A stretch of DNA of 64,000 bases from NCBI GenBank assembly GCA_963705105.1, contig CAVPIW010000008.1, forward strand, positions 1 through 64,000, read 5' to 3'. Below the pieces are notes generated by a model that worked only from the letters and a program-made list of their open reading frames with translations, searched no databases and was not told where the DNA came from. Shown one piece after another: positions 63,578 to 64,000 of this stretch. Numbering within the stretch: position 1 is the first letter of the stretch; each line of letters begins with the position of its first letter. The DNA is from an uncultured Nitrospiraceae bacterium. GTDB lineage: Bacteria > Nitrospirota > Thermodesulfovibrionia > Thermodesulfovibrionales > Dissulfurispiraceae. The position numbers and the translations under genes are program-made.

Positions 63578-63613
63578 GGCTTCCGTCCTCACGATACTGC
63601 GGAATTTGCCGGT

Positions 63614-63722
63614 TGTTATACCCGCAACCCCTCACTTGATGCGGGGCGTCGGGAATCACCCTGAAGCAAAGAAAGATTCCGGACCGATCCTCGGCTGTGC
63701 GAGGGCAAGAGCCGGAATGACA
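63614..63722 (+). repeat. Double-hairpin repeat with extra hairpins in both loops
   Basis: TGTTATACCCGC[...CCCCTCACTTGATGCGGGGC]GTCGGGAATC...TTCCGGAC[...CCTCGGCTGTGCGAGG...]AGCCGGAATGACA. Confidence 0.8.
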
Positions 63723-63731
63723 GCACTGTAT

Positions 63732-64000
63732 ACCTTATCGTTGTAACACACTCCCGGAAAGGCGCGGTGTATGCGCCGAAAACCTTGCTGCGGCGACACC
63801 ATAACTCTCACGGAAGACAATCTTTCAAACCAATGGTCGACCACACAAAGGATGAAATCGTGTAGGGGCCGTTCCCCGAACGGCCCGACATCGATGAAGC
63901 TGTTTCAGGCCGACGGCTGAAAAAGGTGAACTTCTTGCTGACACTCACACTGTCACTGACACTGTATTTCAGAGCGCTTCGCCCCGCCTTTCCATGCAAC
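63732..64000 (+). repeat. Inverted-repeat element, copy K, cut by the window end
   Basis: ACCTTATCGTTGTAACACACTCCCGGAAAGGCG...CGCCCCGCCTTTCCATGCAAC. Confidence 0.93.

Noticed and set aside
51373..63999. Recurring ORF MHGKAGRSALKYSVSDSVSVSKKF... (51373, 59168, 63808, also 6388)
   Set aside because: It is a translation of the repeat element. Start codon, length and C-terminus differ between copies and no RBS is evident.

Overview
GC-rich bacterial chromosomal window. Gene content suggests an anaerobe such as Nitrospirota/Thermodesulfovibrionia or Desulfobacterota (inference only). In order: VapBC module; Liv-type ABC transporter; ACT-domain malic enzyme with sdhCAB; a MazEF/YhcG/RelE debris islet; a ~15 kb sigma54-controlled island (several USPs, histidine kinase, two enhancer-binding proteins, CBS protein, DASS and ArsB/NhaD permeases, LCIB-type beta-carbonic anhydrase); fumC, ftsH, P-type ATPase; a multi-gene deletion scar; glgP and glgC; two diguanylate cyclases; aroF; coaX/birA; split polA; tRNA-Leu(TAG); two secreted proteins. 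The most notable signals are absent from the ORF track. (1) A 27-codon, apparently leaderless Phe/Trp/Tyr leader peptide with terminator/antiterminator lies upstream of DAHP synthase. (2) A conserved tandem TGCA-N9-TGCA enhancer plus -24/-12 promoter architecture recurs at four promoters of the USP/transporter/LCIB island. (3) A dense, modular inverted-repeat (MITE-like) family, about 14 copies or remnants, carries REP-like hairpins and, with a second repeat family, brackets a 4 kb segment next to the tRNA. No transposase or CRISPR array was seen. All product calls come from motif recognition by eye, not database searches.
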